Of a stretch of DNA of 64,000 nucleotides, positions 1 to 13,073 are shown piece after piece. Both the position numbers and the translations under genes were made by a program. Origin of the DNA: Mobula hypostoma (lineage: Eukaryota); the NCBI RefSeq assembly GCF_963921235.1, contig NC_086097.1, forward strand, positions 119,786,001 to 119,850,000, read 5' to 3'. A model generated the notes under the pieces. That model did no database searches, had not been told where the DNA came from, and was given only the letters and a program-made list of their open reading frames with translations. Position 1 is the first letter of the stretch; every line of letters starts with the position of its first letter.

Positions 1-1915
1 TTCTAGTAAATCTTCTCTGTACTCTCTCTATTTTGTTGACATCTTTCCTAAAATTTGGTGACCAGAACTGTACACAATACTCCAAATTTGGCCTTTCCAA
101 TGCCTTGTACAATTTTAACATAACATCCCAACTCCTGTACTCAAAGCTCTGATTTATAAAGGCCAGCACACCAAAAGTTTTCTTCGCCGTCCTATCCATA
201 TGAGATTCCACCTTCAGAGAATTATGCACCATTATTCCTAGATCCCTCTGTTCTACAGCATTCTTCAATGCCCTACCATTTACCATGTATGTTCTATTTT
301 GATTAGTCCTACCAAAATGTAGCACCTTACACTTATCAGCATTAAACTCTGTCTGCCATCTTTCAGCCCACTCTTCTAACTGGCCTAAATCTCTCTGCAA
401 GCTTTGAAAACCTGCTTCATTATCCACAATGTCACCTATCTTAGTATCATCTGCATACTTACTGATCCAATTTACCACCCCATCATCTGGATCATTAATG
501 TATATGACAAGCAACATTAGACCCAGTACAGATCCCTGAGGCACACCACAAGTCTCTGGCCTCCAACCTGACGAACAGTTGTCCACCACTACTCTCTGGC
601 ATCTCCCATCGAGACACTGCTGAATCCATTTTACTACTTCAATATTAATACCTGATGATTGAACCTTCCATGTGGAACCTTGTCAAAGGCCTTACTGAAG
701 TCCATATAGACAACATCCACTGCCTTACCCTCGTCAACTGTCCTAGTAACATCTTCAAAAAAATTCAATAAGATTTGTCAAACATAACCTTTCACACACA
801 AATCCATGTTGACTGTTCCTAATCAGACCCTGTCTATCTAGATAATTATATATACCATCTCTAAGAATACTTTCCATTAATTTACCCACCACTGACATCA
901 AACTTACAGGCCGATAATTGCTAGGTTTACTCTTTGAACCCTTTTTAAACAATGGAACAACTTGAGCAATACACTAATGCTCGGGCACCATTCCCGTTTC
1001 TAATGACATTTGAAATATTTCTGTCAGAGCCCCTGCTATTTCTACACTAACTTCCCACAAGGTCTTAGGGAATAAATATCCTGTCAGGACCCAGAGACTT
1101 ATCCACTTTTATATTCCTTAAAAGCACCAGTACTTCCTCTTCACTAATCATCATAGTTTCCATAACTTCCCTAATTGTTTCCCTTACCTTACATAATTCA
1201 ATATCCTTCTCCTTAGTGAATACCGAAGAAAAGAAATTGTTCAAAATCTCCCGCATCTCTTTAGGCTCCACACATAGCTGTCCACTCTGCTCTAAGGGAC
1301 CAATTTTATCCCTTACTATCCTTTTGCTATTAATATAACTGTAGAAACCCTTTGGATTTATTTTCACCTTACTTGCCAAAGCAACCTCGTATCTTCTTTT
1401 AGCTTTAATTTATTTCTTAAGATTCTTTTTACCTTCTTTATATTCCTCGAGCTCCTCATTTACTCCATGCTGCCTATATTTATTGTAGATATTTCTCTTT
1501 TTCTGAACCAAGTTTCCAATATCCCTTGAAAACTATGGCTCTCTCAAACTTTTAACCTTTCCTTTCAACCTAACAGGAACATAAAGATTTTGTACCCTCA
1601 AAATTTCACCTTTAAATGACCTCCATTTCTCTATTACATCCTTCCCATAAAACAATTTGTCCCAATCCACTCCTTCTAAATCCTTTCGCATCCCCTCAAA
1701 GTTAGCCTTTCTCCAATCAAAAATCTGGGTCCAGATCTATCCTTCTCCATAATTATATTGAAGCTAATGACATTGTGATCACTGGACTCGAGGTGCTCCC
1801 CAACACATACCTCCATCACCTGACCAATCTCATCCCCTAACAGGAGATCCAACACTGACCCTTCTCTAGTTGGTACCTCTATGTATTGCTGCACACATTT
1901 TACAAACTCCAAACC
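1..1915 (-). mobile_element. Degenerate CR1-clade LINE (older subfamily), ORF2 remnant, runs off window start
   Basis: Broken minus-strand ORFs 755-952, 1065-1379 and 1676-1912 with CR1 motifs NYRPVSL, QHGF, PTREGSVLDL, SDHN. Confidence 0.9.
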
Positions 1916-1931
1916 ATCCAGCCTTTTTACA

Positions 1932-2027
1932 GGATGAAGGCTCTCGGCCAGAAACGTCGACTGTACCTCTTCCTAGAGATGCTGCCTGGCCTGCTGCGTT
2001 CACCAGCAACTTTGATGTATGTTGCTT
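1932..2027 (+). mobile_element. Short Penelope-like 3'-tail insertion with decayed hammerhead core
   Basis: Matches the tail at 30910-31000 (GAAACGTCGACTGTACCTCTTCCTAGAGATGCTGCC...). Confidence 0.8.
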
Positions 2028-2122
2028 CAGTTCATCTGTCATGTTTTTGTTCCCCATTAGTACCTATCCAGTGACATTTTCCAGTTTTACTCTCTTTTAC
2101 TCTTTATATATTGGTAAAATAT

Positions 2123-2220
2123 GTTGGCGCGTTGCCAAGTGGTTAAGGCATCGGTCTAGTGTATTCTGAAGGTCACTAGTTCAAGCCACAGCTGAGGCAG
2201 CATGTTGTGTCCAGCCACAC
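2123..2220 (+). mobile_element. tRNA-derived SINE head
   Basis: A-box-like GTTGCCAAGTGGTTAAGG and B-box-like AGTTCAAGCC with tRNA-like spacing; no complete cloverleaf. Confidence 0.6.
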
Positions 2221-2303
2221 TTCTGAAATATAATTCTTCCACAGTCCGTTTGTTAATGAAAGTAATGGTAGCTTGGAAGTCCCTTCTTTAGTGATCTAAT
2301 AGG

Positions 2304-4514
2304 TTGGGATTCCTTTTTTGCGGTGTTAATAACCATGCAACCATAAAGCATCTAAAGGAGAGTGACATAGTTAATTCAGAAACAAAGGTTCTGAACTTAA
2401 AGAGGGGTAACTTTGAAGGTATGAGACGTGAATTAGCTAAGATAGACTGGCAAATGACACTTAAAGGGTTGACGGTGGATATGCAATGGCAAGCATTTAA
2501 AGGTTGCATGGATGAACTACAACAATTGTTCATCCCAGTTTGGCAAAAGAATAAATCAAGGAAGGTAGTGCACCCGTGGCTGACAAGAGAAATTAGGGAT
2601 AGTATCAATTCCAAAGAAGTAGCATACAAATTAGCCAGAGAAAGTGGCTCACCTGAGGACTGGGAGAAATTCAGAGTTCAGCAGAGGAGGACAAAGGGCT
2701 TAATTAGGAAGGGGAAAAAAGATTTTGAGAGAAAACTGGCAGAGAACATAAAAACGGACTGTAAAAGCTTTTATAGGTATGTAAAAAGGAAAAGACTGGT
2801 AAAGACAAATGTAGGTCCCCTGCAGACAGAAACAGGTGAATTGATTATGGGGAGCAAGGACATGGCAGACCAATTGAATAATTACTTTGGTTCTGTCTTC
2901 ACTAAGGAGGACATAAATAATCTTCCAGAAATAGTAGGGGACAGAGGGTCCAGTGAGATGGAGGAACTGAGTGAAATACATGTTAGTAGGGAAGTGGTGT
3001 TAGGTAAATTGAAGGGATTGAAGGCAGATAAATCCCCAGGGCCAGATGGTCTGCATCCTAGAGTGCTTAAGGAAGTAGCCCAAGAAATAGTGGATGCATT
3101 AGTGATAATTTTTCAAAACTCGTTAGATTCTGGACTAGTTCCTGAGGATTGGAGGGTGGCTAATGTAACCCCAGTTTTTAAAAAAGGAGGGAGAGAGAAA
3201 CCGGGGAATTATAGGCCAGTTAGCCTAATGTCGGTGGTGGGGAAACTGCTAGAGTCAGTTATCAAGGATGTGATAACAGCACATTTGGAAAGCGGTGAAA
3301 TGATCGGACAAAGTCAGCATGGATTTGTGAAAGGAAAATCATGTCTGACGAATCTCATAGAATTTTTTGAGGATGTAACTAGTAGAGTGGATAGGGGAGA
3401 ACCAGTGGATGTGGTATATTTGGATTTTCAAAAGGCTTTTGACAAGGTCCCACACAGGAGAGTAGTGTGCAAACTTAAAGCACACGGTATTGGGGGTAAG
3501 GTATTGGTGTGGGTGGAGAATTGGTTAGCAGACAGGAAGCAAAGAGTGGGAATAAAGGGGACCTTTTCAGAATGGCAGGCGGTGACTAGTGGGGTACCGC
3601 AAGGCTCAGTTCTGGGACCCCAGTTGTTTACAATATATATTAATGACTTGGATGAGGGAATTAAATGCAGCATCTCCAAGTTTGCGGATGACACGAAGCT
3701 GGGTGGCAGTGTTAGCAGTGAGGAGGATGCTAAGAGGATGCAGGGTGACTTGAATAGGTTGGGTGAGTGGGCAAAGTCATGGCAGATGCAATTTAATGTG
3801 GATAAATGTGAAGTTATCCACTTTGGTGGCAAAAATAGGAAAACAGATTATTATCTGAATGGTGGCCGATTAGGAAAAGGGGAGGTGCAACGAGACCTGG
3901 GTGTCATTATACACCAGTCATTGAAAGTGGGCATGCAGGTACAGCAGGCGGTGAAAAAGGCGAATGGTATGCTGGCATTTATAGGGAGAGGATTCGAGTA
4001 CAGGAGCAGGGAGGTACTACTGCAGTTGTACAAGGCCTTGGTGAGACCACACCTGGAGTATTGTGTGCAGTTTTGGTCCCCTAATCGGAGGAAAGACATC
4101 TTTGTCATAGAGGGAGTACAAAGAAGGTTCACCAGATTGATTCCTGGGATGGCAGGTCTTTCATATGAAGAAAGACTGGATGAACTGGGCTTGTACTCGT
4201 TGGAATTTAGAAGATTGAGGGGGGATCTGATTGAAATGTATAAGATCCTAAAGGGATTGAACAGGCTAGATGCAGGAAGATTGTTCCCAATGTTGGGGAG
4301 GTCCAGAACAAGGGGTCACAGTTTGAGGATAGAGGGGAAGCCTTTTAGGACCGAGATTAGGAAAAACTTCTTCACACAGAGAGTGGTGAATCTGTGGAAT
4401 TCTCTGCCACAGCAAACTGTTGAGGCCAGTTCATTGGCTATGTTTAAGAGGGAGTTAGATATGGCCCTTGTGGCTACAGGGGTCAGGGGGTATGGAGGGA
4501 AGGCTGGGTTCTGA
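2304..4514 (+). CDS. CR1 ORF2 reverse transcriptase region, uninterrupted but lacking the endonuclease; the first ~18 codons come from flanking DNA
   Basis: 736-aa ORF with [45 protein letters not shown]; element sequence begins at 2357. Confidence 0.85.
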   Translation: MGFLFCGVNNHATIKHLKESDIVNSETKVLNLKRGNFEGMRRELAKIDWQMTLKGLTVDMQWQAFKGCMDELQQLFIPVWQKNKSRKVVHPWLTREIRDSINSKEVAYKLARESGSPEDWEKFRVQQRRTKGLIRKGKKDFERKLAENIKTDCKSFYRYVKRKRLVKTNVGPLQTETGELIMGSKDMADQLNNYFGSVFTKEDINNLPEIVGDRGSSEMEELSEIHVSREVVLGKLKGLKADKSPGPDGLHPRVLKEVAQEIVDALVIIFQNSLDSGLVPEDWRVANVTPVFKKGGREKPGNYRPVSLMSVVGKLLESVIKDVITAHLESGEMIGQSQHGFVKGKSCLTNLIEFFEDVTSRVDRGEPVDVVYLDFQKAFDKVPHRRVVCKLKAHGIGGKVLVWVENWLADRKQRVGIKGTFSEWQAVTSGVPQGSVLGPQLFTIYINDLDEGIKCSISKFADDTKLGGSVSSEEDAKRMQGDLNRLGEWAKSWQMQFNVDKCEVIHFGGKNRKTDYYLNGGRLGKGEVQRDLGVIIHQSLKVGMQVQQAVKKANGMLAFIGRGFEYRSREVLLQLYKALVRPHLEYCVQFWSPNRRKDIFVIEGVQRRFTRLIPGMAGLSYEERLDELGLYSLEFRRLRGDLIEMYKILKGLNRLDAGRLFPMLGRSRTRGHSLRIEGKPFRTEIRKNFFTQRVVNLWNSLPQQTVEASSLAMFKRELDMALVATGVRGYGGKAGF

Positions 4515-4606
4515 GTTGGATGATCAGCCATGATCATAATAAATGGCAGTGCAGGCTGGAAGGGCCGAATGACCTACTCCTGCACCTATTTTCTATGTTT
4601 TCTATC
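2357..4606 (+). mobile_element. Young CR1 LINE copy 1, 5'-truncated
   Basis: Near-identical to the five other young copies; 3'UTR ends in TTTCTATG-type tail. Confidence 0.97.
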
Positions 4607-5299
4607 TATTTTAGGTTGCAGTTTAGCATAATTATACTGTATAACCAAACACTTTTAATCACATCACACCTGTGCTGATGTAAATGCTAAAACTAATCCC
4701 CTACCCAGGCAAGTCCAGCAAGAATCAGTATTCAATTGAAACACTGGCCATCAAACTACTGACTGGTCTGAAGCCTTTAATTTATCGTTAACTTAAGTAG
4801 TGGAACAAATAAGGCTTCAAGCCTGTAATTCGATTAACACTGCTCCACTCACTGGGAACACTTGATCCAAAGATTAATCCAGGTGATTATAATTAGGATT
4901 TATTGTTGCATGACGAGGCTAATAGGTATTTGTGAACTCTTTCAGAGATAAGCTGATTGACATTCAAGGTTATGGACAAAAAAGCCCATGTATTTGGTGA
5001 GAAGTGGTTATTCACTCACCATCAATTGACTAAATTGAAAGTTGATTGCACCTGAAGATAAAAATAGAGCAAGAAGCCAGTGTTGGACTTATGATATGCT
5101 TTACATATTACAATTTAATCTGAGTCAATTAAGTTTATTTGAAGTACACTGTAAGCCATTTTGGTCACAATTCTGGTGGACATAATCTCCATGATGCTAA
5201 GCAAATTTGTTAAACTTTATCTCTAGTTGTACATCATTTTTTCTCTTTTGTGTTGGTTAGTTCAGTTGAACCCTAACATAAATGTTTGGTGAAATGCTA

Positions 5300-6445
5300 A
5301 AACATGTTATTAAGGAAGAGGTAATGGGGCACTTGGAAATTAGAATAAAATAAAACACTATCAATGTGAAGTAAAATTAGCTGCAGAAATCATGGAGGCA
5401 TTAGTAGTAATCGTTCAAGAATCACTAGCATTCTAGTGATTGATGGAATTGATGGCCTTATGGTTCTGAAGGACGGGCAAAACACAAATGTCACTCCAGT
5501 CGTTAACAATCTTTAGGGTTGTGGAGGGGACGCAAAAGGCAGGAAACTACTCGTCAATTAACAGACTTTTGTGCCTGAGGAGATGTTAGAGTCCATTATT
5601 AAGGATGAGATTTTGGCATACTTGGAGGTACATGATAAAATAAGCTGAAGTCAGCATGGTTTTTTATGGGGAAATCTTACCTCACAGATCTGTAGGAATT
5701 CTTTGAGGAAATAGTGGGCAGGATAGACAAAGGATAATCAGTAAATTTTATTTAGTTGAATTTTCAGAAGACATTTGACAAGATCAGAGCCCATGGTATT
5801 ATTGGAAAGATACTAGCATGTTAGAAGATTGGCAGAAGAGTGGGAACAAAGGGGGAATTTTCTGGCCACTTTATAAAGGCTGTCGCTAACTAGTGATGTT
5901 CCTCAGGGGTCGGAGTTAAGTATGCTACTTTTCATCTTATATGTTAAAGATCTAGATGATGGAATTGATGGCCTTATGGTGAATATTGCAGATGATACAA
6001 AGATAGGTGAAGGGGCAGGTCATGTTCAGGAGGCAGTGATTCTCGAGAGGACCTCGACAGATCGGCAGAATGGCTAAAAAATTGGCAGATGCAATACAAT
6101 GTAGAGAAATGCATGGGCATGCACCTTGGTAAAAAGAATAAAAGCATAGACTATTTTCTAAACAGGGAGCACATTCAGAAATCAGAGATGTAAAGGGACT
6201 TGGGAGTCCTAGTGCTGGATTCCCTAAAGGTTAACTTGCAGGTTGATTTGCTAGTCAGGAAGGTAAATGCAATGATAGCATTAATTTCGAGGACTAGAAT
6301 ATAAAAGTAAGGATGTATTGCAGAGGCTTTATAAGTCATTGGTCAGACCACATTTCGAATATCGTGAGCAGTTTTAGGCCCTGTGACTTAGAATGGATGT
6401 TGTGGCATTGGAATGGGTGCACTCAAGGTCTACCAGAATGAAACC
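5300..6445 (+). mobile_element. Old degraded CR1 RT fragment
   Basis: Decayed equivalents of AGTCAGCATGG, CCTCAGGGGTCG, GCAGATGATACAAAG, GGTCAGACCACA. Confidence 0.8.
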
Positions 6446-7062
6446 AGTATAGATTGAGGGATTGCTTTCTGAAGCACCTCCACTCCATCCACAAAAAAAC
6501 AGAATTTCCCTGTGGCCAACAATTTTAATTCCTGTCCTGATTCCCATTCCGACATGTTGATCTATGGTCTCCTCTTTTGCCACATTGAGGCCATTCTCAG
6601 GGTGGAGGAACAACACCTCACATTCTGTCTAGCTGGCCTCCAATCTGATGGCATGAATATTGATTCTTCTTTCTGGTAATTTTTCCTCTCCTTTCTCTCT
6701 TCTCTTCCCCACTCTGGCCTCTTATCACTTCTCCTCAGTTGCCTATCACCTCCTCCTGGTGCCTCTCCTTCTTTTCTTTCTCCTGTGGTCCATTTTCCTC
6801 TCTTATCAGATTCCGTCTTCTCCAGCCCTTTAGCTTTGCCACCCACCGATCTTCACCTATCACCTTCTAGCTGCTCCTCTTTCTCCTCTCCCAACCATTT
6901 TATTTTGATGTCTTCCCCTTTCCTTTCCAGTCCTGAAGAAAGTTCTCTGCTCAAATGTTAACTGTTCATTAGTTTCCACAGATGCTGCCTAACCGGCAGA
7001 GTTCTTCCAGCATTGTGTGTGTGTTGCTCTGGATTTCCAGTATCTACAGTATCTCTTGTGTA
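6446..7062 (+). mobile_element. Older Penelope-like 3' fragment (GIY-YIG end, pyrimidine tract, decayed hammerhead)
   Basis: Similar to 30345-31000; CCAGTCCTGAAGAAAG near 6927. Confidence 0.8.
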
Positions 7063-7439
7063 TATAGCATAAGATAGCGCTTATCAGTAGTAAGAAGTGG
7101 AGAAGAGGCTTTACAAAACATCAATGACTTGGAGAAAACATTTCATTCGTCTTTTTGTTAAACACCGAAGAACGATTGTAAAGAAGTAAAATATTACTGA
7201 AAAGCTGATGAACACTATGTCCATCATGAAACACTAACAGTGTAAAAACAAAATAAATATTTGACTTCATTATAAATAGTGCATTGGGTGGATTACCTGT
7301 ATCACAGAAAATGTTATGCAATCAATGAAATTAAAATGTTAAGGTCTATAATGAACAGTTAATCTGCTTTACTAGATCATTGGTTATGCAATGAAGAAAG
7401 ATTTTCACCCTAAGAATATCATAAATTTTGTTTATCCTT

Positions 7440-7830
7440 GTGGGAAGGTTTTCTAGTGCTGATCTGGGGAGGTTGATGTAGAGTTTCAAGGGAATGGGAA
7501 CCAAAGTGCCACGGCAGATAGTGGAGTGATTGCAGCCTATATGCAAAGACAAGGATGGCTGACCATGGTGGAAATAATGTTTTGAGTTGTATCTATTTCA
7601 ATGCAAGCAATATTGTAGGTAATTGGGAAGGCAGATGTGCTTATAGTATGCATCAACAGGTGGAATTATGGCATTATGGCCTTAGTGGAACTTGGTTGCA
7701 GGAAGAGCAGGACTGGCTGCGTAATGTTTCAGTGTTCCATTGTTTGAGACATCTTGGGGAGGGCTGAATTAAAGAGCAAGGGGTGGCGTTACTAGTTAGA
7801 CCAACGTAATGGCAGTGCTCTGACAGGAAG
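7440..7830 (+). mobile_element. Old CR1 linker/endonuclease fragment
   Basis: ORF 7555-7767 LSCIYFNASNIV...GTWLQEEQDW resembles the CR1 APE N-terminus. Confidence 0.65.
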
Positions 7831-8492
7831 AATCATCTGTAAACTTGACCATAAAGCTGTCTATTCCATCATCCAAATTATTGACATATAATGTAAAAAG
7901 AAGCAGATCCAACACCGACCCCTGCAGAAAACCATTAGTCACTGGCAGCCAACCAGAAAAGGCTTTTGTTATTCACACTCTTTGCCTCCTGTGAATCAGC
8001 CAATCTTCTATCTATGCTAGTATCTTTCCTGTAATACCAAGGGTTTTTATCTTGTTAAGCAACCTCATGCGTGGCACCTTGTCAAAGGCCGTCTAAAAAT
8101 CAAATACACAACATTCACCGATTCTCCTTTGTCTATTCTGCTTGTTATTTCCTCAAAGAACTCCAATAGATTTGTCAGGCCAGATTTTCTCTTAAGGAAA
8201 CTGTGTTTTCATCTATTTTATCATGTGCCTCTAAGTACCCTAAGACCTTATCCTTAACAATGGATTCCAATATCTTTCTAATCACTGAGGTCAGGCTAAC
8301 TGGACTACAACTTCCTTTCTTCTGCCTCTTTCACTTCTTGAAGAGTAGAGTGACACTCACAATTTTCCAGTCCTCCAGAACAATGCCAGAATCTAGTGAC
8401 TCTTAAAATAACATACCAGAGCCTCCACAATCTCTTCCGCTACCTCTTTCAGAACACAGAGGTGTAGTCCATATGGTCCAGATGACTTATCT

Positions 8493-8930
8493 TGTCACAA
8501 TGAGTGGATTCATGTGTGGAGTAAAATCAGGGCAGGACTCGATAATTGAAATTGACAATGAAGATTTATTCAGAGAATACTACAAAGAATAATCAAACTA
8601 AGAGCTCACTTACTCCGGACCTGACCAGACAGAACAGTCCTTCACAAGAACTCATAACAGGGATTCAACAATGAGCACTAGTCAAGAATAACCTTAGATA
8701 AAAAATAAAACACAGGACACCTGTGTGGGTTGAAATCAAAAACTAATCACTTAAGTACGATAATCATAAGGAAACCATATTGACATAACAAGTGTCACAA
8801 AAAACACAGTGACAGCTTAATGATAACAGTAGTCTTTAAATAACTCTAATATTTGCAAATAAATTACACTGAGGCATGTCAAGATCTGTTGCTACCTGGC
8901 ATCCCTCATTGGTCTGAAGGGTTCATGACA
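8493..8930. mobile_element. Solo LTR-like insertion
   Basis: TGTCA...TGACA termini; interrupts CR1 at GACTTATCT|TACCT; minus-strand AATAAA near 8565. Confidence 0.55.
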
Positions 8931-9242
8931 TACCTTTCTTCAGACTTTTCAGCTTCCCAAACATCTTCTCCCTAGTAATAGCAACTGCAGTCATTTCTGC
9001 CCCAGGTCATTCTTGAGCTCTGGCATACTGCTAGTGTCTTCCACAGTGAAGACTGATGCAAAATATTTCTTCAGTTCATCCACCATTTCCTTTCCTCCAT
9101 TACTACTTCTCCAGCAGTCTGATATCTATCCTCAAACTCTCTTTTCCCTTTATATATCTGAAAAACTCTTTAGTATACTCTTTGATATTATTGGATAGTT
9201 TGCCTTCATATTTCATCTTTTTTCTCTCCTTATGGCTTATTT

Positions 9243-9500
9243 GACCCAGCTGGTGGCGTAGTGGCATCAGTACCTGACTTTGTGACAAAAGGTCCTGAGT
9301 TCGAATCCAGCCGGCTCCCCTTCATGCTTTCTATCTGTGCTGGGTTATGAGCTGGCGATCTCTTTGGAAACTCATCTGGCAGAAAGCAATGGCAAACCAC
9401 TGCTGTAACTTGCCTTGTGGTTCCCCATTATGTCAGAGAGGCCTGGAAGGAAATTGTCCGCTAACTGGAGAAACTATGGATGTGATGTACCTTTCCTTTC
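9243..9500 (+). mobile_element. tRNA-derived SINE with 12-bp TSD
   Basis: A box TGGCGTAGTGG, B box GAGTTCGAATCC; TATGGCTTATTT duplicated at 9231-9242 and 9501-9512. Confidence 0.9.
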
Positions 9501-10089
9501 TATGGCTTATTTAGTTGCTTTCTTGTGACTTTTAAAACCTTCCCAATGCTCTAACTTCCCATTAATTCTTGCTCTATTTTATGCCCTCTCTCTGGCTTTT
9601 ATGTTGTCTTTGACTTCCCTTGTCTTTAACAGTTAAGTAATCCCACCTTTAGAATGCTTCTTCTCCTTTGGGATATATCTATCCTGTGCCTTTTGAATTT
9701 CTCACAGAAACTCCAGCTATTGCTGTTCTGTCATCATCCCTGCTAGTGTCTCCTTCCAGTCAGCTTTGGCCAGTGTATCTCTCATGCCTCTATAATTCCC
9801 CTTACTCCACTGTAATCACTGTAATGTTGATATATCTGACTTTACCATCTCCCTCTCAAATTCTATGGTGAATTCTTTCATATTATGAATACCGTTTCTA
9901 AAGATTTCCTTTACCTTAGCCTTTGTAATCAAATCCAGTTCATTACACAGCACCCAATCCAGAATAACCTTTCCCCTAGTGGGCGCAAACAGAAGATGTT
10001 CTAAAAAGCCAGTGTAGGCATTCTGCAAATTTTCTTTCTTGGGATACAGCACCAATCTGATCTATTGGATATAAAAAGCCACATATACT

Positions 10090-10445
10090 CTTACTACAGG
10101 GAGATTATACTGTAACTACCTAATCTTCAAAGACTAATTCACTTCTCACTTTATTCCCCATGTGGATTTTAGCCTCCAATATCCATTAATCAAGTGTTGG
10201 GTCCCCTCTCCCTACTAAGGAGAAGATGCTTCCAGCTAACAAAGTAGTTCAAACCACAGCTGATTTATTTTCAGTGATCCAAACAACATTCTTAAAACAT
10301 TACTTAAAACTCCAATATACTGTACAGGCACAGCTTAAGTAAAGGGGTAGAGGTAAATGTACAGGAATTAACTTATACAGAAAAGTTCAGCACTTCTGCT
10401 TCTAAAGTGAGATGTTTAATATACCTTCAGGCAAAGTTACATGTC
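10090..10445. repeat. Unclassified interspersed repeat (LTR-like), copy 1
   Basis: Shares TTATACTGTAACTACC...AAAGACTA...GGAGAAGAT...AACAAAGTAGTT with 56655-57195. Confidence 0.55.
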
Positions 10446-10517
10446 TGCAAGTGTGGGGTTGTCAGGATTATCAACATCTTCATCTTGAATAATAAGTGAA
10501 GCATCAGGAACTGGTGC

Positions 10518-12431
10518 TGAAACATAGAAACATAGAAACATAGAAAATAGGTGCAGGAGTAGGCCATTCGGCCCTTCGAGCCTGCACCGCCATTTATTAT
10601 GATCATGGCTGATCATCCAACTCAGAACCCCACCCCAGCCTTCCCTCCATAACCCCTGATCCCCATAGCCACAAGGGCCATATCTAACTCACTCTTAAAT
10701 ATAGCCAATGAACCAGCCTCAACTGTTTCCTGTGGCAGAGAATTCCACAGATTCACCACTCTCTGTGTGAAAAAGTTTTTCCTAATCTCAGTCCTAAAAG
10801 GCTTCCCCTTTATCCTCAAACTGTGACCCTCGTTCTGGACTTCCCCAACATCGGGAACAATCTTCCTGCATCTAGCCTGTCCAATCCCTTTAGGATTTTA
10901 TACGTTTCAATCAGATCTCCCCTCAATCTTCTAAATTCCAACGAGTACAAGCCTAGTTCATCCAGTCTTTCTTCATATGAAAGTCCTGCCATCCCAGGAA
11001 TCAATCTGGTGAACCTTCTTTGTACTCCCTCTATGGAAAGGATGTCTTTCCTCAGATTAGGGGACCAAAACTGCACACAGTACTCCAGGTGTGATCTCAC
11101 CAAGGCCTTGTACAACTGCAGTAGTACCTCCCTGCTCCTGTACTCGATTCCTCTCGCTATAAATGCCAGCATACCATTTGCCTTTTTCACCACCTGCTGT
11201 ACCTGCATGCCCACTTTCAATGACTGGTGTATAATGACACCCAGGTCTCGTTGCACCTCCCCTTTTCCTAATCGGCCACCATTCAGATAATAATCTGTTT
11301 TCCTATTTTTGCCACCAAAGTGGATAACTTCACATTTATCCACATTAAATTGCATCTGCCATGAATTTGCCCACTCACCCAATCTATCCAAGTCACCCTG
11401 CATCCTCTTAGCATCCTCCTCACAGCTAACACTGCCGCCCAGCTTCGTGTCATCCGCAAACTTGGAGATGCTGCATTTAATTCCCTCATCCAAGTCATTA
11501 ATATATATTGTAAACAACTGGGGTCCCAGCACTGAGCCTTACGGTACCCCACTAGTTACTGCCTGCCATTCTGAAAAGGTCCCATTTATTCCCACTCTTT
11601 GCTTCCTGTCTGCTAACCAATTCTCTATCCACATCAATACCTCACCCCCAATACCGTGTGCTTTAAGTTTGCACACTAAGCTCCTATGTGGGACCTTGTC
11701 AAAAGCCTTTTGAAAATCCAAATATACCACATCTACTGGTTCTCCCCTATCCACTCTACGAGTTACATCCTCAAAAAATTCCATGAGATTCATCAGACAT
11801 GATTTTCCTTTCACAAATCCATGCTGACTTTGTCCGATGATTTCACTGCTTTCCAAATGTGCTGTTATCACATCTTTGATAACTGACTCCAGCAGTTTCC
11901 CCACCACCGACGTTAGGCTAACCGGTCTATAATTCCCCGGTTTCTCTCTCCCTCCTTTTTTAAAAAGTGTGGTTACATTAGCCACCCTCCAATCCTCAGG
12001 AACTAGTCCAGAATCTAACAAGTTTTGAAAAGTTATCACTAATGCATCCACTATTTCTTGGGCTACTTCCTCAAGCACTCTGGGATGCAGACCATCTGGC
12101 CCTGGGGTTTTATCTGCCTTTAATCCCTTCAATTTACCTAACACCACTTCCCTATTAACATGTATTTCGCTCAGTTCCTCCATCTCACTGGACCCTCTGT
12201 CCCCTACTATTTCTGGAAGATTATTTATGTCCTCCTTAGTAAAGACAGAACCGAAGTAATTATTCAATTGGTCTGCCATGTCCTTGCTCCCCATAATCAA
12301 TTCACCTGTTTCTATCTGAAGGGGACCTACATTTGTCTTTACCAGTCTTTTCCTTTTTACATATCTATAAAAGCTTTTACTGTCAGTTTTTATGTTCCCT
12401 GCCAGTTTACTCTCATAATCTTTTTTCCCCC
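10518..12431 (-). mobile_element. Young CR1 LINE copy 2, 5'-truncated, with nonsense and frameshift lesions
   Basis: (CATAGAAA)n tail at 10518-10547; split ORFs 11539-12300, 10816-11532 and 10622-10819. Confidence 0.97.
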
Positions 12432-12950
12432 TAGCACAACAGTTTCTTCAAAGACTGATGATGTTGGTGGCTGCACATCTGGGTGAGCAGAAGTTGATGG
12501 CACTGGATTTTGAAGTGTTAGCTCCCCTGTTGCACTTTTTCTCTCGCAATTTTTTGAACATGTCTTCCAAGGTAAGTTGTTTCATATTTTTTGGTCTCTC
12601 TCTGATTAGCTTATCTTACAGCATATAAGCACTCATTATTTCTTGCTCAGTTATAAACCATCATTGCTCTAATATTTTCAGCAATTCATGTGTCAACTTA
12701 ATTAGCCTGTCAATAGAAAGTCTCTCTGCTACAACTTCCTCAACTTCATCACTGCTTTCTCCTCCAATTTCTTCCTTCTCTGGATGTACAACCATCTGCA
12801 CAATTTCTGAGTCAGTATAATGATGAACAGTAGGCTCATCCTCATCTATATTCATCCATTCTTCAACATTGTCATCATTGAACCTTGATGCAAGATCCTT
12901 GGCAGCAAGATTAGTTAGCTCTTGAGCAAAAGAAAGCAGTTCATGTATCA

Positions 12951-13073
12951 AACAACAGGAATTCTGCAGATGCTGGAAATTCAAGCAACACACATCAAAG
13001 TTGCTGGTGAACGCAGCAGGCCAGGCAGCATCTATAGGAAGAGGCGCAGTCGACGTTTCAGGCCGAGACTCTT
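12951..13073 (-). mobile_element. Short Penelope-like tail insertion with 14-bp TSD
   Basis: CAGTTCATGTATCA at 12937-12950 and 13074-13087. Confidence 0.9.

Larger units (their letters stand above)
7835..10060 (-). mobile_element. Old CR1 fragment interrupted by a solo LTR-like element and a SINE
   Basis: Minus-strand remnants PTRGKVILDWVLCNE and KEFFRYIK; sequence resumes after each insert. Confidence 0.85.

Noticed and set aside
2123..2200. tRNA gene
   Set aside because: A and B boxes are present, but acceptor and anticodon stems do not fold and it continues into SINE-like body; the same applies to 9243-9320
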